Positions 17,616 through 25,128 of a stretch of 33,311 nt of DNA are shown piece after piece; positions within the stretch are counted from its first letter, which is position 1; each line of letters begins with the position of its first letter. Position numbers and translations under genes: made by a program. Origin of the DNA: Oligoflexales bacterium (GTDB lineage Bacteria > Bdellovibrionota_B > Oligoflexia > Oligoflexales > Bog-1112); NCBI GenBank assembly GCA_045105515.1, contig JBGCDR010000442.1, forward strand, positions 1 to 33,311. The letters run 5' to 3'. Below the pieces are notes generated by a model. It was not told where the DNA came from. It saw only the letters and a list, made by a program, of their open reading frames with translations, and ran no database searches.

Positions 17616-19336
17616 CCTCGCCGCACTAAACTAACCTGGCTACTTCTATCGCCATTTGCGCTCTTATGAGAAATTCGATAGTTGAACCTTCCTTCTTTCA
17701 AGAATTTAAATTCTGTTTTCTCTTCCAATTCCTTAATTGCTTTTCGCAGAGACTTTAGCCTCTCTTTTCTCATTCCAGGAGACTGTTCTTTAGAGGCGAA
17801 TAAATAATTTAAAAGTGTATCAATATTGAAAACTATGCCTTTTTTGTCTGTTTTTCTGACTATAGACATAATTCTTTGGTACAGAATAAATGCAGTGTCA
17901 CTTTTAATGTTTTTTATTATTGAAACAGGTATTTTGGTATAGGATATGCCACCAAGACCTAAAATAGCATCGACTAAAAATGGATTCAATTTAATTGAAA
18001 ATTTATTTTCACTAACTTCAAAGTCATAATATTCAATTAAATTTAAAGCCGACTCTCGATTACCATTTCTATAAAAGACAGTAGTTGCTCTAAGTCTCAT
18101 TAGTGAATTTTTGACCGCATGATATGTTCTAGAATCTGGTCTTCCTTTTCTATTGCTCAATTCTTTATGGATTTGATAGATCGTAGTATCAACTTCCATT
18201 GAGTATGATGAATATTCTTCTACTTTATCTAAGAATGTATCATATTTTTTGCTTCCATTAGGGATACATAGAAGAATACCTGATTTATTTAATTTTGCCG
18301 TTATTGCTACTAAAATTTTTGCTTCTAACGACCCAAGCATATCAGGCCCAAGCAAGCGAACCCATTTTTTTTCTCCTAAATCAATTTTCACATCTAGTTT
18401 AGGCCTTTCTTGATTGGGAGAAAAAGAAGCAAAAATACCTTCTTGTTTGATCAATGCAGTACACATTGGAGCAACCTCACCATTTGGATACCTCCCCCCT
18501 TTTGAACTCAAATCTACAACATTTTCTTCTTTATTACAGAGCAATGGATCATTTTGGCTAGTCTCTGCATAAGGTATCCCCATTCTCTCAGGGCGTCTGT
18601 TCAAACAAACCTTAAAATTTGCAGTCCTACTTTTACTAACTTCAAGTTCATAACAATTTTCATTCTTAGATTTTTTATCTTTTCTTAAAATTGACGTCCA
18701 TTTACTTGCTTGCTGATATTGTGTAGCACCTCCGATTATGGCTCGCGTTCCTTTTTCTTCTTCACATCCTTTATTTGTGTGGTGAAGGAACAATATCCCG
18801 CAATTCAAATTTAATGCAACTTCTTCGGTTAGTTTTATTGTTTCTTTGGCTTGTTCAACATCTTTAAGCTCTTTTCTTGACCATTTCTCTAGATAGTCGA
18901 TTATTATAAGATCAGGCTTGAATTCTTTTGACGATTCTAATAGTTGGCGGTAAACATCTTTCTTTGACAAATCATATATGTGGTCTTTCAAGTCATGGAT
19001 TCTCATATTCTTCTCTACTTGATCTATCTGTTTATCATTTAAATCAAGTTCAATGGTCTTCTGTCTCGACTTCCAATCAGACTCCCTATCCTCTAGGCTA
19101 AGTACTATTACCTTACCTTGTACCGCGTCAAGACCGGATAAATTTAATCCGCAAGCTATATCAGTCGCAATGAGATGGGCCAGACCGCTCTTACCGGCCC
19201 CTTCATTGGCAACTAATAGCCCAATTGTACCTCTAAGAAAACCCTTGATCACAAAGTTTTCTTTAGATTCTTCACGGTTCTTAATATCTTTTGAAGTTAG
19301 TGGCTTATCAAATATTGAATTACTCATCTGATTCAC
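17609..19336 (-). CDS. repA: Fused IncQ-like RepA helicase (AAA_25) and RepC initiator
   Basis: N-half GTIGLLVANEGAGKS, LSLED, LIIID and FLHHTNKG is collinear with RSF1010 RepA. C-half GIF...KLDV..D.G......GP+.LG, LNP....A+LG, S+TA..LYQR, IDTL..Y and MRK.R...+R.A+.EL is collinear with RSF1010 RepC (both recalled). Confidence 0.85.
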   Translation of the reverse strand: MNQMSNSIFDKPLTSKDIKNREESKENFVIKGFLRGTIGLLVANEGAGKSGLAHLIATDIACGLNLSGLDAVQGKVIVLSLEDRESDWKSRQKTIELDLNDKQIDQVEKNMRIHDLKDHIYDLSKKDVYRQLLESSKEFKPDLIIIDYLEKWSRKELKDVEQAKETIKLTEEVALNLNCGILFLHHTNKGCEEEKGTRAIIGGATQYQQASKWTSILRKDKKSKNENCYELEVSKSRTANFKVCLNRRPERMGIPYAETSQNDPLLCNKEENVVDLSSKGGRYPNGEVAPMCTALIKQEGIFASFSPNQERPKLDVKIDLGEKKWVRLLGPDMLGSLEAKILVAITAKLNKSGILLCIPNGSKKYDTFLDKVEEYSSYSMEVDTTIYQIHKELSNRKGRPDSRTYHAVKNSLMRLRATTVFYRNGNRESALNLIEYYDFEVSENKFSIKLNPFLVDAILGLGGISYTKIPVSIIKNIKSDTAFILYQRIMSIVRKTDKKGIVFNIDTLLNYLFASKEQSPGMRKERLKSLRKAIKELEEKTEFKFLKEGRFNYRISHKSANGDRSSQVSLVRRGS

Positions 19337-19407
19337 CCCCTAACTTCAAAATGAGTTTGACCATTTGTAGTTAAGGATATAAATTTGGATATAATGGGAC
19401 CAGCCAT
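19333..19407 (-). CDS. 24-aa leader peptide translationally coupled to rep (not in ORF track)
   Basis: AGGAG SD at 19414-19418 with a 6-nt spacer. Translation MAGPIISKFISLTTNGQTHFEVRG*. Its TGA overlaps the rep GTG (GTGA). Confidence 0.6.
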   Translation of the reverse strand: MAGPIISKFISLTTNGQTHFEVRG

Positions 19408-19483
19408 GGGATACTCCTAGTTTCTTTAGGACTCTCTCGTGGTTAGGGAAAAGTAACTTCTCCGCAAAAAGCAGTTACTTTTT
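19402..19483 (+). ncRNA. Putative antisense (counter-transcribed) RNA over the leader peptide RBS
   Basis: TATAAT at 19390-19395, and alternatively TTGACC-17 nt-TAAATT at 19357/19380. Stem-loop 19402-19444 has G.U pairs only on the + strand. Second hairpin 19449-19482 ends in a T run. Confidence 0.5.
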
Positions 19484-19639
19484 CCGCCCCAATCGAGGGC
19501 ACCAGTTTCATTTAATATAAATTACTTCATACATTCTACTCTTTTTAAGAAAAATAATCACTTTTTTCCTATTGACTAATCTTGAATTTTAAATCTAGTA
19601 TTTGATCTCATATTTTAAGAGAGGAAGAGGAAGTAATTA

Positions 19640-20971
19640 TTATTTTGAAGTTGCTATCAAAATTAAGTGCTTCCAATATTCCTCTTTTCGCACCAATAGC
19701 GCAAGAAAATGACCCATGCACATAGATATAGCCATGACCATCATTTGCACTCCAAAAATATTAGCCTGTTTAGTTTCTCCTGCATGGGCTAATTTTGTTG
19801 ATGATGAACTGTCTTCTAATTTTGTGAGGTCTGTATCAAACTTATCTATCTTTGCTTGGGCCTTTGCTCTTTTTGTAATGTGATTTTTTGGGTATTCGTC
19901 CCGTTGCTTAACATACTCTTCTCTGCGTTCCTTGAGCCTCTTATATTTTGGATTTTCAACATAGGACTTGATATTTGCGGTGCCTGTTTCGTAATTTGAA
20001 TAAAAAGTGAATCCTGCAAAGACAAAAACCCCTATAATAAAGCAAGCTTTTAAAAATTTCCCAAATCCTTTTGTTGGAAACAACATAATTAAAAAAGGGC
20101 AACAGTCTATAATGCCAGCTTGAAGCCATCCAATCACTTTTAAATCATCTCCGCCAGAATAAACTTTACTTGATGTGTAAGTAAGAGTGTATGAGGCTAA
20201 AACACAGACGCAGGCTAATAATAAAACTTTGATACTCCAAAGTATGAAATCTTCTGTTTCAATTTTCCGCGCTTCATTTTTTGATGAAATATTATACTCA
20301 TAAGAATATTTATTAAATACATTTTTCTGGCTCGGGGACGAGGGAACGTAGGGGACCGTCCCCGATACAGGCTTGGGGCCAGACTCGGGGACGGGGTCGG
20401 GGATAATTAATTTTTGGCACTCCTCCTTATCCTCGAGGACAGGCTCGGGGACAAGCTTGTCCCCCCTGTCCCCCTTGATTGTCAAAGGGGACAGGATTTT
20501 GCCCTCGGGGCCAGACTCGGGGACCGTCCCCTCGCTGACAATCTCGTCTCCTGGGGACACTCCAGGAAAATAACAAATATTAGAAGAGACAGACTCGTTG
20601 CTCGTCCCCGTCATGACCTCTGAAGAGTATTTATTAAATACTTTTTCTTGCTCAATAGATTTTTTTTCAAGCTTAACAACATCCAAAATATTTGATACTA
20701 TTTTAAATTCTTTTAATCCTATCTTTTCTAAAAACTCGCCCTTGCTCCTGAGTACCGAGGTTAGATGTGACCATCTAATATTTTCTTGATTACTGATTAA
20801 AAACTGCTTTATTTCGTTGTTTAGGTTATTAATTCGCCTTATTTTCTTGATTAAATCCGCGCTGGTAAACTCATAAGTGTTAAATTCATCCAGTATTTTT
20901 TTATTTGTCAAATTGGGGTGCTTCTCCTCTATTTCAAGCCAAACCCCTACCGGATTATCTTTGTAATTCAT
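19640..20971 (-). CDS. Membrane-anchored protein: ParB-HTH-like N-terminus, Pro-rich linker, TM segments and coiled coil (start revised to ATG 20971)
   Basis: Hydrophobic segments in the C-terminal half and a PE/PV-rich linker. Weak ParB-HTH-like pattern IRRINNLNNEIKQFL...IRWSHL. Cotranscribed position after parA and the RHH gene. Confidence 0.5.
   Translation of the reverse strand: MNYKDNPVGVWLEIEEKHPNLTNKKILDEFNTYEFTSADLIKKIRRINNLNNEIKQFLISNQENIRWSHLTSVLRSKGEFLEKIGLKEFKIVSNILDVVKLEKKSIEQEKVFNKYSSEVMTGTSNESVSSNICYFPGVSPGDEIVSEGTVPESGPEGKILSPLTIKGDRGDKLVPEPVLEDKEECQKLIIPDPVPESGPKPVSGTVPYVPSSPSQKNVFNKYSYEYNISSKNEARKIETEDFILWSIKVLLLACVCVLASYTLTYTSSKVYSGGDDLKVIGWLQAGIIDCCPFLIMLFPTKGFGKFLKACFIIGVFVFAGFTFYSNYETGTANIKSYVENPKYKRLKERREEYVKQRDEYPKNHITKRAKAQAKIDKFDTDLTKLEDSSSSTKLAHAGETKQANIFGVQMMVMAISMCMGHFLALLVRKEEYWKHLILIATSK
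20304..20641. repeat. Intragenic array of about 12 GGGGAC/GTCCCC motifs bracketed by two TATTTATTAAATA palindromes
   Basis: GGGGACCGTCCCC at 20351 and 20519. Perfect palindrome GGGGACAAGCTTGTCCCC at 20447-20464. GGGGCCAGACTCGGGGAC at 20375 and 20507. Flanking motifs at 20304-20320 and 20625-20641. Confidence 0.85.
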
Positions 20972-20991
20972 TTTGTAGCCCTTTTCTTTGG

Positions 20992-21225
20992 TTAAACTCC
21001 AGCATCCATGATGCCTTGTTGAATCCATCGCTTGACAATTGCCCTCTTAGTTGAGCCATTTTTCTCTGCAATCCGGTCGATGGCCTCCTTCTCGAATTTT
21101 GTCAAGGGTATGTTCATAAAACCTTCGGGCTCTGGTGTGCGCTTAGTATTAAATGGCCTTCCTCGGCCAGAATATTTTTTATCCGAGTTGGTGTCGTGGT
21201 CATTCACAAAATCTTTAATGCTCAT
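20992..21225 (-). CDS. Small ribbon-helix-helix-like partition protein (ParG-type partner)
   Basis: 77 aa, overlapping the parA stop. Flexible N-terminus plus MNIPLTKFEKEAIDRIAEKNGSTKRAIVKRWI. Confidence 0.7.
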   Translation of the reverse strand: MSIKDFVNDHDTNSDKKYSGRGRPFNTKRTPEPEGFMNIPLTKFEKEAIDRIAEKNGSTKRAIVKRWIQQGIMDAGV

Positions 21226-21854
21226 TTAATGATTTCCTTCGCTAATTCTCTGACTTCCTTAGATGCTAACTTGTCCTTTTTTTGCTCCGTCACACCGATA
21301 CCTGAGCCCATAGCTTCCTTAAATGATTTTCTCCTACCTATGCTTGATTTTATGGGGTTCATCTTTAATTCTTGTAAAAGCTCGCGTGTGATTTTATTTT
21401 CTTTTTTCTCTAGGCCAGAGGTCATGGATAAAACAGATAAGTGTTTAAGTTTTTTATTATGAATTCGGGCTTTTTTTAATAAATCAGATATATATGGCAA
21501 AGTTCGTCTATCAACGGGACTAGAGCAAATTGGTAACAGCACTTTATTTGCAACAACCAATGCCGATCTAAATTCCTTTGAATCCTTACCGCTACAATCA
21601 ACTAGCACATACTCATATTTTTTATTAAGTGAAACCAGCTTTCTAGCTAAGTCACCCGCCCCATATTCAAAGTCGATTGATTTATCATTATCATTCAAGT
21701 TTGAAAATCTTGCCTCGTTCCAATCCTTCATTGACTCTTGCGCATCTGCATCAAATATGCATACCCTACCTTTTTTTGCAAGAGCGACAGCAAGAGAACA
21801 AGCTATAGTGCTCTTACCTGTCCCTCCTTTCCTTCCTCCAATAACTACAATCAT
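21222..21854 (-). CDS. parA: ParA/ParF-type Walker ATPase, type Ib (start revised to ATG 21854)
   Basis: Deviant Walker A KGGTGKST, DADAQ, and YVLVDC. No N-terminal HTH. AGAGGA SD at about 21864-21869. Confidence 0.93.
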   Translation of the reverse strand: MIVVIGGRKGGTGKSTIACSLAVALAKKGRVCIFDADAQESMKDWNEARFSNLNDNDKSIDFEYGAGDLARKLVSLNKKYEYVLVDCSGKDSKEFRSALVVANKVLLPICSSPVDRRTLPYISDLLKKARIHNKKLKHLSVLSMTSGLEKKENKITRELLQELKMNPIKSSIGRRKSFKEAMGSGIGVTEQKKDKLASKEVRELAKEIIK

Positions 21855-21910
21855 AAAAATTAATCCTCTTTTAATTAATAAATTGATTCTATCATACCAC
21901 GAGTGAAGCG

Positions 21911-22149
21911 GTGTATTTACTAAATACACACAAATGAATATTTATTAAATATCTTTTATATATTTTATTCTATTATTTATTGAATATAACATATTTTTGA
22001 GAATATCTATTAAATATATTTAAATATATATTAAATTCTTTTTAGCTCCGTCTAAATACACTCTGCAAAATATTTATTATATATTTATATATTTATATAA
22101 TTCTTATATTATTGACTATTAAACATATAGATGAATATTTATTAAATAC
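21911..22149. promoter_or_regulatory. AT-rich centromere/operator-like array of GAATATTTATTAAATAC repeats upstream of parA
   Basis: Copies or variants start at 21911, 21936, 21971, 22001, 22022, 22068 and 22133. The core TATTTA-N-TAAATA is palindromic. Confidence 0.65.
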
Positions 22150-22190
22150 TTTTAAAAGTTATGTGGATTAATGGAGTTAGGTGGCTGGTA

Positions 22191-22490
22191 TTATACTCTG
22201 AAAGCAGTCAACATTCTGTCAACTCTAAAAGTTCTATTTTCATGCCTGAGGTGGCAGTAGGAAACTACATTGCGATAAGAATCGTATCGCTTTGGAGAAA
22301 TTACCCTATCTGTAAATTCGCCGGATGAGTTTTCATATGTAATTTCAATTTTTGAACCATCATTTATTGCATCTTCAACGACTTCATAGATGTTACCAGC
22401 GTATCTCTTTCTATTTTTATTTTTTCTTAAATTGCTACTTACAACCTTTATACTTTCCTTCTTATCAGGTTTTTTCTTATCCTCTCTTTT
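22191..22490 (-). pseudogene. WYL-domain open frame with no canonical start codon (not in ORF track)
   Basis: Hand translation ...IYEVVEDAINDGSKIEITYENSSGEFTDRVISPKRYDSYRNVVSYCHLRHENRTFRVDRM...*. In-frame TGA at 22491-22493 lies upstream. Confidence 0.75.
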
Positions 22491-22663
22491 TCAAATAACA
22501 GTTCTATCGTGAACAAAATCAAGGTATGTATCGCGGCCTTGGTAATCAAAGAACCGCCGTTTTAAAAGGGGGATTTTTGAACAATATAGAGTAGGTATAC
22601 CCAATGATTATTTCGCGATATTATATAAATAGCACTGTTAAAATATAAATAAAGGAGACGGTT

Positions 22664-23467
22664 GTGAGGTATTTAAGCTTACTATTTTTATTACTATTAT
22701 TAAATGGTTGTGGATCTTCAGAAGAAGCGGTGACGGAAGAACTAAATGAAAATACCATAACTCTCTCACCTGAGCCAGGAACATTTACCCATGGAGTAAT
22801 AGTAACATTCACTAAAAAGGATGATGGCGCAGGATCAGGGGCACTATACTTCAAGGTTGGGGATGAAGATTGGTCACTCTCTCTGGCATCATGTCTAGGC
22901 GGAGTCGATTCATCAAATACCTGCGTAGAGGTTAATGAAACCACAACAATTCAGTACAAGCTCACAACTACAGCAGGTGATAGTGATGTTCAAACTGCGA
23001 CTTATACTATAGAACCTGAAGTAAACAACTATACGGTGAACTCAACAGAAATCACAGAAGATCTAACAGAGTGTTCAGTTGATAGTGATGGTAAGCTTGA
23101 ATTTCGAGCACGAGGTACAACGAGTACATTAACTTCAAAGTATGTTTATTTATTTGGTCAAATAGCTGATGTAACTAAGTTAAACACTGACTTTGCAATT
23201 ACAGATGGGTCCGACGCGGGAGTGGCCACTGAAAGCAACGGATCAGATGCGCCTTATAGTCCAGATTACTACCCTGGCGCAAGCAGTAGTAGTACTGGAG
23301 ATAGCTGTACTGTTGCATTAACAGCTTTTACGGCAGGTCAGTTAGCAACAGGAACAATAGAATGCAGTACAAGTATAAATCAATTTTCCACACCACAAGA
23401 CTTTGGAACAACTATGACCTTAACAAAGTCAAATTGGAAATGTGATAAGTGGGTTTCTTTTCTTTAG
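22664..23467 (+). CDS. Lipoprotein with chitobiase/Fn3-associated beta-sandwich domain, Ser/Thr-rich
   Basis: Lipobox LLNGC and AAGGAG SD. Pattern +SP.PGTF.....V.+......+Y+ ... I..TTTI.Y......G.S.V....YTI. Confidence 0.75.
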   Translation: MRYLSLLFLLLLLNGCGSSEEAVTEELNENTITLSPEPGTFTHGVIVTFTKKDDGAGSGALYFKVGDEDWSLSLASCLGGVDSSNTCVEVNETTTIQYKLTTTAGDSDVQTATYTIEPEVNNYTVNSTEITEDLTECSVDSDGKLEFRARGTTSTLTSKYVYLFGQIADVTKLNTDFAITDGSDAGVATESNGSDAPYSPDYYPGASSSSTGDSCTVALTAFTAGQLATGTIECSTSINQFSTPQDFGTTMTLTKSNWKCDKWVSFL

Positions 23468-23970
23468 CCAAACGTGTAAGCGTTCAAAAAACACCTGTAT
23501 TTTGAACAGCCCCGCCATTTTTTTATTTCAAAAAATACCAAAATTAGAAATGTAGAATTGATGGGAACTAGCGAGATAGAATGGTTTACTAATTTTCGTT
23601 ACCTTGAAAAGGTATTTTGAACGTCACTGAAGAGTCTTCATAAACATGTTTCATATGCAAGCCTAGCTTGCGTATATTTTTTACCTGTTATGGAGGAGCC
23701 ATAAGAGCTTGAATTATAAAGTCATCCATAAGGGTTCTATTTATCGAAAAGAGATCTATGGGGAGATAATTGATACTTACGCTAAAATGGACATCCTTAG
23801 AAAACGAAAATTAAGCTTCATGGAACTAAACAAAAGTCCTGTTTACTAAGCCTCAATATCAGGGTTTTGATTGACTATCAAACATTCTAACACCTTTCAC
23901 TAAAAAATTGACAGACAGAATCACGGACCTTATAAGCTCCTTTGACCTGTTGTATATAAAGGATTCTTAT

Positions 23971-25107
23971 ATGTTTAAAATGTTAGCTGCCCTCTTGATG
24001 AGTGGTTTAATTAGCAGTTCTCTACTCGCCACCGAAAACACCGGGCGATACCCAGTAACCATTGTCAATTCCTCCACCAAGCATGTAGGCGTAAACATGC
24101 AAGGAAGGTTATTTCTACTCAAGTGTAACAACAATTCTTGTGTTACTTGTGCAAACAGTGGTTTTTCTAACAGTGCAAACGTAGGTATATCTGGACCTAC
24201 TAAGATTAAAGCTACTTACGGTTCCTTCAAAAACCTAAGCAAAAAGGGTTACAAACAATTCCCTGTACTCTCAAAAAATACTTTCATTGCTATTGAAACC
24301 GCAGCAGTATTCACTACCGCATTTGCTATGGCTGGTTATCATTATCCGGCTATGCAGACCACGCTTTCGAATGCTATGAAAGGAGTCCTACCTGCAAATA
24401 TCAATAGAGCTAAGTATGAAAAATCAGTAGGAAGTCTAGCAGACTGTGTAGCTAAATCTTACAAAGACCCAGTCATAGTGGGAGCTATAAACGTAACTCA
24501 CAATGTTACAAATGCTAACCCTTTTGGGACTCTCTGGTCTGTGCTCAGCTTAAAAAACTCAGTACAGCAGGAAGCTCTCGTACAGGCAATTCATGATCAG
24601 TTGTCATCAAATAATACTATCTCTGAGCAAGCAAAAGAAGAACTTACTAAAATACTAAAACAAGAAGGTTTTCTAGGTTGGTTCAACGGTACAGTTACCA
24701 TTGACCGAAAGAAAGTATCTAAATGGCAAGAACAATTCGGCGCACACTTGTCCCCCGAGGAATTAGAATCAGTAGTAAAATCTAAATTAAAGGAACTTCC
24801 TGGTAATGCGGCAGAAATAGCTACTGAGCTGTGCAAGAGTAGCTTTAATACAGCAGTAGAAGGTACAAAATACGCAGCAGGTGAGACATGTAAGTTTATA
24901 GTGGAAAATCCTAAGCAATCTTTTGCTATTGGAGCAGGAGTAGCTACAGGAGTGGGAGCGGTAGCAGGTATTTACTACCTCTGTAATTGCAATGATGAGT
25001 GTGTTGTAACTCCCCCCAATGACGATGAAGATTATGTAACTTTAGTTAACATTTACGACGGGAATGCCTTTGGCATATCCATCGGTATTAGTCACCGAAA
25101 CCGTTAA
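23971..25107 (+). CDS. Exported hypothetical protein with Cys clusters and a C-terminal glycine-zipper hydrophobic segment (start revised to ATG 23971)
   Basis: Signal peptide MFKMLAALLMSGLISSSLLA, AAGGA SD, and FAIGAGVATGVGAVAGIYYLC. Confidence 0.6.
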   Translation: MFKMLAALLMSGLISSSLLATENTGRYPVTIVNSSTKHVGVNMQGRLFLLKCNNNSCVTCANSGFSNSANVGISGPTKIKATYGSFKNLSKKGYKQFPVLSKNTFIAIETAAVFTTAFAMAGYHYPAMQTTLSNAMKGVLPANINRAKYEKSVGSLADCVAKSYKDPVIVGAINVTHNVTNANPFGTLWSVLSLKNSVQQEALVQAIHDQLSSNNTISEQAKEELTKILKQEGFLGWFNGTVTIDRKKVSKWQEQFGAHLSPEELESVVKSKLKELPGNAAEIATELCKSSFNTAVEGTKYAAGETCKFIVENPKQSFAIGAGVATGVGAVAGIYYLCNCNDECVVTPPNDDEDYVTLVNIYDGNAFGISIGISHRNR

Positions 25108-25128
25108 ATCTCTGGGGTTAAAATACTT

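Noticed and set aside
17201..17629. 142-aa (+) and 70-aa (-) ORFs
   Set aside because: They overlay origin-like hairpins and iterons and have no recognisable motifs, so they are likely spurious.
20334..20609. GGGGAC array or the 21-bp duplication at 26106 as a CRISPR array
   Set aside because: No constant repeat-spacer periodicity and no cas genes.
14784..22070. Exact 13-mer ACACTCTGCAAAA at 14784 and 22058
   Set aside because: A few 13-bp matches are expected by chance in 33 kb of AT-rich DNA, and there is no further support.
23482..23513. GTTCAAAA/TTTTGAAC dyad and TTTTGAACAGCCCC as an IS end
   Set aside because: No transposase, partner end or target duplication found. It could equally be a weak terminator.
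23709..23849. 46-aa TTG-start ORF after GGAGGAG
   Set aside because: Long SD spacing, weak start codon and no motif; not supportable without homologues.
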